A stretch of 59,478 bases of DNA from an uncultured Solibacteraceae bacterium (GTDB lineage: Bacteria > Acidobacteriota > Terriglobia > Bryobacterales > Bryobacteraceae). Shown here piece by piece: positions 1 through 8,643 of the stretch; the stretch's first letter is position 1; every line of letters starts with the position of its first letter. The stretch lies in contig CAZUAX010000002.1 of the NCBI GenBank assembly GCA_964618435.1, forward strand, positions 19,650 through 79,127. The letters run 5' to 3'. The notes beneath the pieces were generated by a model. That model was given only the letters and a program-made list of their open reading frames with translations, had not been told where the DNA came from and ran no database searches. Made by a program: the position numbers and the translations under genes.

Positions 1-49
1 CCCCGGGCTCTTCGGGTAGGCCAGTTTTCGTTACACAGGCCTATTTTCG

Positions 50-1039
50 TCAGTCAGGCAAGCAGGATGGATTGCTGGCACGATATGCAGCCACTCGCTC
101 CGCTACCAAGTCCCCGTGTTCCTTGATTTTACCAAGGATATCCTCAGCCACCCGCAGGGCCAAACAGGCGGCCTTGCCATCCACAGCAGGCTGACGCCTA
201 TTGCGGACGGATGCCAGAAAATCCTCCAACTCCAGGCGCAACGGCTCTGCTGATTGGACGTCCAGCTTGCGAAAGCGGATGCGGCGATCGGCACCACTAG
301 TCTCAAATACCGCGCCTTCCTGCTTGCTGTAGTCGAGGGAATAGTATTGGTCTGGCTGGAATAGCCGCAACTTCCGGATGCGATCGGTCGATACCCGACT
401 AGCGGTAAGATTTGCGACGCATCCCCCAGGAAAGGACATCCGCACGTTCGCGATATCCACCTTCTCCGAAAGGACATGGATGCCCGACGCGTGGATTTCG
501 CTGGGCACCTCACCCACACAGGCCAGGACGATATCGAGGTCGTGAATCATGAGGTCTAATACCACGTCGATATCCAGGCTGCGCGGCGTGAATATGCTCA
601 TTCGGTGGATTTCGAAAAACAGGGGCAGGGTAAGTTCACGCTGCAGGGCAAGAATGGCCGGGTTGTAGCGTTCCAGATGGCCGACCTGCAGAATACGCCC
701 ATGTTGCTGGGCTAGCGCCACTAAACGCTCTCCCTCCTCCACAGTGGAGGCAATTGGCTTTTCCACCAGCACGTCAAGCCCCTGGCTCAACAACTGTCCG
801 GCCACCGCCTCATGGGACACCGTGGGAACGGCCACCACAGCTGCATCCGCCTCACGGACCACTGCTTCCAGGTCTGGAAGCACCTGCACCCCTGCGCTGC
901 TGGCAACTTCATGCGCACGCGATTCCGATGCGTCGAAGACACCCGTCAGATTGGCGTCCGGCAGATCCTTCAGCACCCTCACATGGTTCTGGCCAAAAGA
1001 ACCCACACCCACTACAGCCACACGCACAGCTTCTGACAT
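50..1039 (-). CDS. Gfo/Idh/MocA family NAD(P)-dependent oxidoreductase
   Basis: ORF 50..1087. It has an N-terminal Rossmann motif VAVVGVGSFGQNH and a downstream VLVEKP motif typical of this family. Start trimmed to the ATG at 1039 (MSEAVRVAVVG), which places the dinucleotide-binding loop near the N-terminus. Confidence 0.85.
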   Translation of the reverse strand: MSEAVRVAVVGVGSFGQNHVRVLKDLPDANLTGVFDASESRAHEVASSAGVQVLPDLEAVVREADAAVVAVPTVSHEAVAGQLLSQGLDVLVEKPIASTVEEGERLVALAQQHGRILQVGHLERYNPAILALQRELTLPLFFEIHRMSIFTPRSLDIDVVLDLMIHDLDIVLACVGEVPSEIHASGIHVLSEKVDIANVRMSFPGGCVANLTASRVSTDRIRKLRLFQPDQYYSLDYSKQEGAVFETSGADRRIRFRKLDVQSAEPLRLELEDFLASVRNRRQPAVDGKAACLALRVAEDILGKIKEHGDLVAERVAAYRASNPSCLPD

Positions 1040-1157
1040 GACCCTTGCATCATAACCAACCAGCGCATGGGAAAGAGAGAAAATCACCAGGAATGGGTAG
1101 CCTAATCCCAGGTGCTACACAGAAAGGCTCAAACGGCCGAAGGAAAGGCGGAATAGT

Positions 1158-2045
1158 TCAGGCTTCCGGCTTGGAGGAATCGTCGGCAGGCACCTTGGAG
1201 TCGCTGCCACTAGGGCGGGTGAGGGAGGATGCGCCATTGGTGCCATTGGTGGACTGCCCTTTCCCCGAGTCCCCCACCGCTCCGCGCCGCCAACTTTCTC
1301 GAACTCCCCGGCTTTTGTTCAGTTCCTCGGGAAACAGATAGAAACCTTCTCCCAGTGGGTAAAACCGGCGCAATAGCTCCAGACGCCGCCGAATTTCTGA
1401 ACTTGGCGCCTGGCGTGGGCTGGGCTCCACGTCAATGTCACAGCAGATTCCATGCAGAAACAAAGTGAGCGTATCAATGAACGAGGTGCGCGCATAGTCT
1501 CGAAACAGCTTGGAATCCCGAATCGGCGTCGACTGTTTTGCAAGCAGTTCGTTCTTCTTCTGCCAGCTTGCTTCGTCAATCTCCCCATGAACTTCGCGGC
1601 GCAATTCCTCTTTCAACTCTTTTGACCACCCTGTCCGGATGTCCGCAGTGGCTACTTCCCAGGCCAGTGAAGCAATCGCGCTGAACAGGTTGTAATGGAT
1701 CTCGTTGCCGGAAACTTCCTGCGCGGCGAGCAGAATATTGGCATCTTCCGGGCCGACAAGCTGAAACGACTCCGATCGCTCTCCCGGCTCAGGAGTGTCA
1801 AAGACCACCAGATCCGCGAGTTTACCTCTGCTTTTCAGGAACGGCACCAGAAACAGGTTCAAGCGTGGCAGCAGTTCCACCAAGCGCGGTGGAAGACTGG
1901 CCAGTGGCTCCTCCACGTTAGAGGCCAAGTCTTCCGTGCCCATTGGCACGATCGAAAACCAGTAGACCTTCGAGTTAATGGGGACAAGTTCCGGGCGAAA
2001 CTTAAGCACGAATTGGTCAGCGGATAATTGTTCCGAAGGGGACAT
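1158..2045 (-). CDS. hypothetical protein, no recognisable family; Ser/Gly/Asn-rich C-terminal tail
   Basis: 295-aa ORF with an ATG start at 2045. It fills the gap between flanking genes and has protein-like, non-shadow composition. I recognise no motifs. Confidence 0.55.
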   Translation of the reverse strand: MSPSEQLSADQFVLKFRPELVPINSKVYWFSIVPMGTEDLASNVEEPLASLPPRLVELLPRLNLFLVPFLKSRGKLADLVVFDTPEPGERSESFQLVGPEDANILLAAQEVSGNEIHYNLFSAIASLAWEVATADIRTGWSKELKEELRREVHGEIDEASWQKKNELLAKQSTPIRDSKLFRDYARTSFIDTLTLFLHGICCDIDVEPSPRQAPSSEIRRRLELLRRFYPLGEGFYLFPEELNKSRGVRESWRRGAVGDSGKGQSTNGTNGASSLTRPSGSDSKVPADDSSKPEA

Positions 2046-2202
2046 CAGCAGACCTTCAGTGTAACAGAGCCATCCTTGCTCTCATTTTTGCGGAAAGCTT
2101 TGGGTAAAAAATTTCAATTTTCTGAAGACATCTGAGCGGCTGATCTCCCAGCAGCGTAGTGAGAAACTCGCTTGAACAGACTGAAATTGGAATGAAAGCA
2201 CC

Positions 2203-2841
2203 TTGCAAGCAGTGGCTTACAGCCCCAAATTCGAGGCAGTTCCTGATTTTTCGGATTGGCTTGCACTTACCAGAAAGGTCTTCTATCCGATCAAGCGAAC
2301 CACAGCGGAATTTTTGGGAACGTTCTGGCTCACTTTTGGCGGTTGCGGGTCTGCCGTTCCTGCAGCCGCATTCCCCGAAGTGGGCATCGGGCTGCTAGGA
2401 GCAGCCCTTGCTTTTGGCCTTACCGTGCTGACGATGGCATTTGCCATCGGGCACATCTCGGGTTGTCATCTGAACCCCGCCGTCACGCTCGGCCTCTGAG
2501 CGGGTGGGCGCTTCTTCGTCCAAGGACATCCTGCCGTGCTGGGCGGCCTGGGGGCAGCTGTCGTCCTGGCAGCCTTGTTCCTGTTCGTGATTATGGGGTC
2601 CCCTGATAAGCGCGCTCCCGCTGGACTGGCCCCCATTGCTATCGGTCTCTGCCTCACTCTCATCCACCTCATTAGCATCCCGGTAACCCACACCTCAGTG
2701 AACCCCGCACGCAGCACCGGACGTGCACCGTTTGCAGGTGGTTGGGCGCTGGAACAGCTTTGGCTCTTTTGGGTTGCCCCGCTTGTGGGAGCAGCCATTG
2801 GCGGGTTCCTTTATGCGTGGCTAGCCAGCGAAGAAAAGTAA
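2203..2841 (+). pseudogene. aqpZ: aquaporin Z (MIP family) remnant with an in-frame TGA and internal loss
   Basis: Two same-frame ORFs (2203..2499 and 2536..2841) align by eye to AqpZ. Matches include [16 protein letters not shown], the first NPA box [46 protein letters not shown] (second NPA) and [22 protein letters not shown] at 2497..2499 sits where AqpZ has the Trp of GLWAGGRF. Only ~180 aa are alignable versus ~230 aa in intact AqpZ, so the TM3/loop C region is missing. Confidence 0.8.
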
Positions 2842-2844
2842 CCG

Positions 2845-3258
2845 CTACCAGGGCAGCAGGCCGCGTGCCTGTAAATCAGGAAAAATCAGATGGACCAAAC
2901 TGGGGGCCAGGAGCCCCCAGTCGTCTTCTGGCCCAAACCACACCAACTCTTCGATCTCCGCGCTGGCCTGCAGGTTGCCCTGGATCGTCCCGCCGAATAG
3001 CTCAATTTCTACCGTCATCGGAGCGTCTGGAGTAGAGTTCGCCGCCGCCGCCTCGTACATTCCCAGCAGTTCAGGCTGCAGCAAAACGACTTCCCCGAGT
3101 TCCTCCCGCAACTCCCGAAGCAGCGTCTGGATGGAACTCTCCCCGGGCTCGCGCTTACCGCCAGGCAAGATGAGGGGTTGCCTCTTTTTGCGGCGACGGC
3201 ATAGCAACACGCGCCCCTCGCGCATCGTGAAGAGCCCCACCTTGCGAATGTCCGCCAT
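2845..3258 (-). CDS. NUDIX hydrolase
   Basis: 137-aa ORF with a complete Nudix box GGKREPGESSIQTLLRELREELGEV (GX5EX7REUXEEXGU). It starts 3 nt downstream of the U32 gene stop. Confidence 0.85.
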   Translation of the reverse strand: MADIRKVGLFTMREGRVLLCRRRKKRQPLILPGGKREPGESSIQTLLRELREELGEVVLLQPELLGMYEAAAANSTPDAPMTVEIELFGGTIQGNLQASAEIEELVWFGPEDDWGLLAPSLVHLIFPDLQARGLLPW

Positions 3259-3261
3259 CGC

Positions 3262-5817
3262 TTATCGCTGCTCCAGGACGGCAAGGCTCACAAACTGGCT
3301 GGAAGGCACAAACAGACTACCTTCGGTGATTCCTTCCGGTGCCACTCTCGCCAATGCTTCCTCCAGAGATGTCGCATCCTTCGCCCCATAGCGTCCCGCC
3401 TGCCATGCTTCCAGAGCAATCTTGAATGCGCTGATCACTGCATGCACTTCCGCATCACCCTCGTGGGCAAACTCCAGACGGAAGTCTCTCAGCCCGGCTC
3501 GTAGCCATTCCGCCAGATGCCCGGCAGCATGCTGTGCCTCGGCTCCAAACACGGTATTGCGACACCCCACGTCGGCTAGCAGCGGGTGTGCCCGTCCCTG
3601 CGGATCACGAAGCGAAACGACGTGGGTTTCGCAAGGGCGTCCGCAATCCTTATAGCTGGTGCCGTCCGAAAGGTAGCGGCAGAACACGCAGTGCTCCGTG
3701 TGAAAGACCGGCAAATGCTGGTAGGCAACCACCTCCAGCCGCGCCGGACCTACCCTTTTCGCAAGGTCAAGAATCTGCGCTGCATTCAGATCGTGCGTGG
3801 GCGTGATCCGCTGAAGCCCGAAATCCAAATAGGGCCGTGCGGCCACTGCATTGGCTACATTCAGGCTAAAGTCTCCGGTAAGCTCGCGCTCAGGATGCGC
3901 GCGCAGCGCCTCAAGCATGCCTCCAGCCCGCACCAACAGTGGACACTCCAGCCGCAGGAGGAACTCCAGCACTCTTTCCTCGCCGGGTTTCAGCACTCGG
4001 GGGGTGGCCACGCGCACCCCGATTCCACTTTGCCGCACCCGTTCCACTGACGGCTTCAGACCATACAGGTCAAGGTAATCGAGCGTAATGCTCGCAGCAC
4101 CAAGCGCTAGGGCCGCGTCTAACTGAGCCTGCGTGCGTACCAGCACATGCAGTCGCGGATGGAGGTCATCCCCTAGTCTGGTCGCCGCCGGTTCAGGCAA
4201 GGGTTGCAGTTCTGCCAGCACCTTCGCGGGGGTCTCTGCAAGTATCACGGTATGTCCAGCCTGCATCGACTGCAATTGCTCTACCGCCTCCCGTCGCATT
4301 TGGTTCAGCAATGATGTTGGGGCGAAGGGCTGTCCTTTCCTGTGCAGCATCACACCACTGAGCACATAAGGCGTGTTGCCCAAACGCCCGCATTGCATCT
4401 CCAACAACTCGCGCGACAGAGGGCTGCGCGCCGCGGCTCCTAGTGCTTCCGGGGATACCACTGTCACGGAAACAGCGGGCTTTTCCGCAAGGCTCCACTG
4501 CATCCGCAATGGCTGGCCCTCTTCGGCAAATACTTTCAGAAGCACCGCCTGCCGGGTAACCGGGGCGGAAGGCTCCGTGAGGCTGCGATAACTGCGGCTG
4601 AGTTCCGGGTCGTGGGTTCGCCACAAGAGGTCACCGGGGCGGATTCGTGCGAAATTCACCGCGTTGTTGGCAAAACGCAATCGCAACAGACCCCCGGCAA
4701 ATTCAACATCGTAGACCCGGCCACCTTCTTCGTTCTCCTCCGGGCTGCGCCAGTCCGCGGCATCGAACACCACCCCGTCGCCCGGCTTCAACGGCGACAG
4801 CCGGTGCGCGGCCGCCGGCTGCACCAGAACATCATCGCGTCCTACCCGCACCACCTCGCCCATGCGAACCCCGCGGTGCCTGGGCGCACGCCCGTCCACC
4901 ACCACCTGATGATTTGTCCCGGTCAAAAAGTGCGGACCCATGCCTCGCGAATAAACCTGCTCCAGGTTCAACTGATCGAGGTCGCTCAACGGATGCTCAC
5001 GCCCCACCCACGCCGCATCCACGGCCTCCCGATAGGCCTTGGTGGTGGCTGCCACATACTCCTCATCCTTGTAGCGCCCCTCAATCTTCAGCGCGGCCAC
5101 GCCCGCGGCTGCTAGATCCGGCACTTGCCGAAGCGCAAACAGGTCCCCCGGCGACAGCAAATAGCGCTTATCGCCCAAGGGCTCAAGCTGCCCATCCACC
5201 AGCAACTCATAGGGCAAGCGGCAGGCCTGGGCGCACTGCCCCCGGTTAGCACTCCGCCCTCCCCAAGCCTCCGAGGAGAAGCACTGGCCGGAGTAAGCAA
5301 CGCACAACGCCCCGTGCACAAACACTTCCAACTCACAGCCGGTGTGCGCGTAGATTTGCTGGATCTCTGGAATCGATAGCTCTCGCGCCAGGGTGACGCG
5401 GGCGATTCCATGCCGCATCGCCATTGCCACGCCTTCGGCATTCGTGATGCTCATTTGCGTGCTGGCATGCAGTTCCAGGTTTGGCGCAATCCGCTGCGCA
5501 AGCTGCACCGCGGCATAGTCCTGCACAATCAAAGCATCCACGCCCGCCTCAGCGAGTTGGCCGATCGTATCCGCCGCCTCCGTCAGTTCGTTTTCAAAAA
5601 TCAGCGTGTTAAATGTCACATAACCACGGACGCCTCGCTTGTGCAGGGTCTGCATCAATTCGGGCACTTCAGCGGTTGCGAACCCCACCTTCGCGCGGGC
5701 AGTAAAGTGCCGCAATCCGAAATACACGGCATCCGCTCCCGCTTCTACGGCCGCTCGCAGCTGGGGCCAGTAGCCAGCGGGGCTCATCACTTCGGGTTTT
5801 CGCGCCATGTTTGCCAT
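3262..5817 (-). CDS. U32 family protein (peptidase U32 / Fe-S type), long two-module form
   Basis: ORF 3262..5877, start trimmed to the ATG at 5817 (MANMARKPEVMSPAGYW). U32 signature region ELEVFVHGALCVAYSGQCFSS with a four-Cys pattern C-x6-C-x15-C-x3-C. The C-terminal half has a second Cys cluster, HCVFCRYLSDGTSYKDCGRPC. Confidence 0.85.
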   Translation of the reverse strand: MANMARKPEVMSPAGYWPQLRAAVEAGADAVYFGLRHFTARAKVGFATAEVPELMQTLHKRGVRGYVTFNTLIFENELTEAADTIGQLAEAGVDALIVQDYAAVQLAQRIAPNLELHASTQMSITNAEGVAMAMRHGIARVTLARELSIPEIQQIYAHTGCELEVFVHGALCVAYSGQCFSSEAWGGRSANRGQCAQACRLPYELLVDGQLEPLGDKRYLLSPGDLFALRQVPDLAAAGVAALKIEGRYKDEEYVAATTKAYREAVDAAWVGREHPLSDLDQLNLEQVYSRGMGPHFLTGTNHQVVVDGRAPRHRGVRMGEVVRVGRDDVLVQPAAAHRLSPLKPGDGVVFDAADWRSPEENEEGGRVYDVEFAGGLLRLRFANNAVNFARIRPGDLLWRTHDPELSRSYRSLTEPSAPVTRQAVLLKVFAEEGQPLRMQWSLAEKPAVSVTVVSPEALGAAARSPLSRELLEMQCGRLGNTPYVLSGVMLHRKGQPFAPTSLLNQMRREAVEQLQSMQAGHTVILAETPAKVLAELQPLPEPAATRLGDDLHPRLHVLVRTQAQLDAALALGAASITLDYLDLYGLKPSVERVRQSGIGVRVATPRVLKPGEERVLEFLLRLECPLLVRAGGMLEALRAHPERELTGDFSLNVANAVAARPYLDFGLQRITPTHDLNAAQILDLAKRVGPARLEVVAYQHLPVFHTEHCVFCRYLSDGTSYKDCGRPCETHVVSLRDPQGRAHPLLADVGCRNTVFGAEAQHAAGHLAEWLRAGLRDFRLEFAHEGDAEVHAVISAFKIALEAWQAGRYGAKDATSLEEALARVAPEGITEGSLFVPSSQFVSLAVLEQR

Positions 5818-5911
5818 TGGGGAATACTTCCAGGGTAACGCGCCGCGGGGAATCGCCAGACAAGGACTCCAATGCATCCCCGGCGGGAGCTTCGCCTTTT
5901 GGCTGGAGCAT

Positions 5912-5938
5912 TGTTGAGTAAACCACTGTTGAGTAAAC
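5912..5938. repeat. tandem direct repeat, 2 x 12 bp TGTTGAGTAAAC with 15-bp period
   Basis: Exact copies at 5912..5923 and 5927..5938. They lie in the divergent intergenic region between the U32 gene (start 5817, minus) and tRNA-Val (6062, plus). Confidence 0.9.
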
Positions 5939-6061
5939 GCTGAGAGATTCAGGGGGCCGGCGAACTGAATGGCAAGCCCCGTGGCGTGTATTCCGCGCCG
6001 CGCTACCCGGCAACCTGGGTGAAAAGTGCCCCTCTATGCTTGTGGTATTCTAAAGGTTTCG

Positions 6062-6138
6062 GGGCGCGTAGCTCAGTTGGTTAGAGCGCCTGCTTCACAC
6101 GCAGGAGGTCACAGGTTCGAGTCCTGTCGCGCCCACCA
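6062..6138 (+). tRNA. tRNA-Val (anticodon CAC) with encoded CCA
   Basis: Cloverleaf read by eye. Acceptor stem GGGCGCG/CGCGCCC, D-arm GCTCAGTTGGTTAGAGC, anticodon stem-loop CCTGC-TTCACAC-GCAGG, T-arm ACAGGTTCGAGTCCTGT, discriminator A, then CCA at 6136..6138. Confidence 0.95.
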
Positions 6139-6255
6139 CCTCCCCTTCCTCTGGTTGCCTCCTTTTCCATCCGTTATCCCCTCCCTAGCGCATGATTGAT
6201 TTCCCCCTGCTGCTGCGCGTGTTCATTCGGGATTTGCGTTATTCTTGCAATAAAT

Positions 6256-6265
6256 CAAACGTTTG
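6256..6265. promoter_or_regulatory. perfect 10-bp palindrome CAAACGTTTG, candidate TetR operator
   Basis: It lies ~70 bp upstream of the TetR start (6335), just after a TTGCAA -35-like hexamer at 6245..6250. The operator function is inferred from position only. Confidence 0.35.
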
Positions 6266-6334
6266 TTTCATCTCAACTGAATGTCGCCGCTGCTGGAACG
6301 CGCGACAGCAAGGTTCGTTGATTCTCAGAGAGCA

Positions 6335-7087
6335 ATGGGCGTTATGGCGACAGACAGTTCACGGCAAGCGGGGGATGCCCGCGAGACAAAAGACAGGATC
6401 CTGAATGCGGCCGAGTTGTTGTTCGCCGAGAAGGGCTTCGATGCCGCTTCGCTACGAGACATCACGCAGGAAGCTGGGGCCAATGTCGCCGCGGTGAACT
6501 ACCACTTTCGCTCGAAGGATGAATTGATCGAGGCCGTTTTCGCCCGCTGGTTTGAGACCATCAACGGCAAGCGCATCGCGCTTCTGAAAGCTTTTCAGGC
6601 GAACGCAGCTCCGGAACCAGCAAGCCTTGAAGACGTTCTGCGCGCGTTGATTTTCCCCTGCGTGGACGCCTGCACGAGTGGAGGAAACGGTGCAAATTTC
6701 AAGCGTCTGGTGGGACGCATCTACTCCGCCCCCCGCCTGTTCGACCGCCCCTCTTTTCACGCGCAGTTCCACGAGATGATGGCCCACTTTGGGCCAGCTT
6801 TCCTGGCCGTTTTGCCGAACGCGCTCTGCCAGGAATCTTTCTGGCGCATACACTTTGTGATCGGCAGCATGATCCACGCCCTGCACAACGGGGCGGAGGT
6901 GGAAATGTCCTCCGGCGGTCTGGTGGATGCAGGAGACGATTCCCTGATGCGTGAGTATCTGGTGACCTTCGCGGCAGCAGCACTGCGGGCACCTCTGAGC
7001 CGCCCGCAAACCTCAATACCACTTGAGCAGTGGAAAGAGCGCGTCTTGGGCCACGCTCTCACTTCGGCCGCTGCAGAGCAGGAATAA
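6335..7087 (+). CDS. TetR/AcrR family transcriptional regulator
   Basis: ORF 6281..7087. N-terminal HTH region KDRILNAAELLFAEKGFDAASLRDITQEAGANVAAVNYHFRSKDEL is typical of TetR_N. The ATG at 6335 is preferred, but 6281 is possible. Confidence 0.85.
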   Translation: MGVMATDSSRQAGDARETKDRILNAAELLFAEKGFDAASLRDITQEAGANVAAVNYHFRSKDELIEAVFARWFETINGKRIALLKAFQANAAPEPASLEDVLRALIFPCVDACTSGGNGANFKRLVGRIYSAPRLFDRPSFHAQFHEMMAHFGPAFLAVLPNALCQESFWRIHFVIGSMIHALHNGAEVEMSSGGLVDAGDDSLMREYLVTFAAAALRAPLSRPQTSIPLEQWKERVLGHALTSAAAEQE

Positions 7088-7096
7088 GGATTGGTG

Positions 7097-8641
7097 ATGA
7101 CTCTCTCGACCCAAATGATTGCGCCTGTAGTTTTCGCTGTGACTCTGCTGCTGATGGCCGGCTGCGCGGCAATGCCCAAACGCCCCCAATTGGTAACACC
7201 CCATGCCAGCATTCCGGTGCCTGAGAACTGGAGCGGCGCGGCACCTGACAAACGCGATTCCTCGAAAGCGGTGGAGGGGGAATGGTGGCACAGTTTTGCG
7301 GAGCCTGCACTAGACGCGTTGATTGACGCCGCCATGCAGGAAAGCTACTCGCTGGAAGCCACCAGTGCCCGGATCGAAAGCGCACTCGTCCAGGCCAACC
7401 TCGCATCCGCCAGTTTCTGGCCACAGGCTGAAATTGGCCTCAGCCGCAACCGCCAGCGACAGAACTTTGTTGGCTTGCCTTTCCCCGGTGCCGAAGGCCG
7501 CGTACTAAGCAACACATTCACGGTCGCCAATCTGGGCATCAACATTGGCTGGGAACTGGACCTTTGGGGTCGAATTAAGGCCGGGAGACTCGCTGCCTCC
7601 GCGGATGCCGAGGCAGCTTATGAAGACTTGCGCGCGGCACGTCAATCCCTGGCTGCGCAGATCGCCCGGCAGTGGTTCCTGGCCGCCGCCATCAACCAAC
7701 AGCTATCCCTCAGTAATCGTACGATTGCAAACTACCAGCAAGTGTTGGATACCGTTCGCTTCCGCTACGAACGGGGACTGCGGCCCCCGCTGGATGTGCG
7801 TTTGACACTTACTGACCTCGCCTCTGCCGAAACACGGCTCAAGGAGCAGACGGCCCAGCGCGATGTGGCGATCCGCTTGCTGCAAACGCTGGCGGGAAGC
7901 TACCCGGATGCAAGCCTCCCCGCACCGGCCGCATTGCCCATGCTGCCTGCCGCACCGCCCGCAGGCTTGCCCGCTGACATCGTGGCCCGCCGTCCTGACC
8001 TAGTTGCCGCGGAACGTCGCCTTGCCGCGGCTGGCGCGCGCGTTACCGAAGCCCGCGCAACTCGCTACCCGGCTTTCTCCCTAACTTCCAGTGGTGGTTA
8101 TGGCAGCAACCAACTTACTGACATCGTGAAGGGCAATTTCCTGAACTACAACCTGATTACGGGCGTTACGGCTCCGCTCTTCGACGGGCAGAGGCTCAGC
8201 AACCAGGCCAAATTGCGCGAAGCGCAGGTGGCTGAAGGCACTGCAGGGTTTCAGCAAACATTGCTCACTGCCTATCGAGAGGTGGAAACCGCCCTGGCCG
8301 CCGAGCGATTACTTGCCGAACAGGAGGCTAGTGTACAGCAAAATGTCCGTGAAGCAGTAGCCGCGCGCGACCTTTCCGAACAGCAATACCGCAGCGGTTT
8401 GGCCGATGTGCTTGCGGTGCTGACGGCAGAGCGTGCAGCACTTGCAGCCGAGGCCAGCCTGATTGAGATCCAGCGCCAGCGCCTCACCAATCGCGTGGAT
8501 CTTTATCTCGCGCTGGGCGGCGGCTTTGAGAGGTCTCCCGCTGAGGCAGGCTCCGGGGACATTCCTCCCGTCGCGCACTCCTCGCACGCAGCAGACCGCC
8601 CTCTTCCACCGGATTCAGCAACGAATCGCTCCTGGGAATAA
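7097..8641 (+). CDS. efflux transporter outer membrane factor lipoprotein (NodT/TolC family)
   Basis: ORF 7091..8641. It has a signal peptide with lipobox LLMAGC and two TolC-like repeats rich in coiled-coil Leu/Ala/Gln. The ATG at 7097 lies 6 nt after AAGGA. The gene sits directly upstream of the MFP and RND genes. Confidence 0.85.
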   Translation: MTLSTQMIAPVVFAVTLLLMAGCAAMPKRPQLVTPHASIPVPENWSGAAPDKRDSSKAVEGEWWHSFAEPALDALIDAAMQESYSLEATSARIESALVQANLASASFWPQAEIGLSRNRQRQNFVGLPFPGAEGRVLSNTFTVANLGINIGWELDLWGRIKAGRLAASADAEAAYEDLRAARQSLAAQIARQWFLAAAINQQLSLSNRTIANYQQVLDTVRFRYERGLRPPLDVRLTLTDLASAETRLKEQTAQRDVAIRLLQTLAGSYPDASLPAPAALPMLPAAPPAGLPADIVARRPDLVAAERRLAAAGARVTEARATRYPAFSLTSSGGYGSNQLTDIVKGNFLNYNLITGVTAPLFDGQRLSNQAKLREAQVAEGTAGFQQTLLTAYREVETALAAERLLAEQEASVQQNVREAVAARDLSEQQYRSGLADVLAVLTAERAALAAEASLIEIQRQRLTNRVDLYLALGGGFERSPAEAGSGDIPPVAHSSHAADRPLPPDSATNRSWE

Positions 8642-8643
8642 CC

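Noticed and set aside
2497-2499. The in-frame TGA in the aquaporin gene as selenocysteine or another recoding event.
   Set aside because: It replaces a conserved Trp codon by a single transition. I saw no SECIS-like hairpin downstream. The gene also carries an apparent frameshift and a ~50-aa loss, so simple decay explains it.
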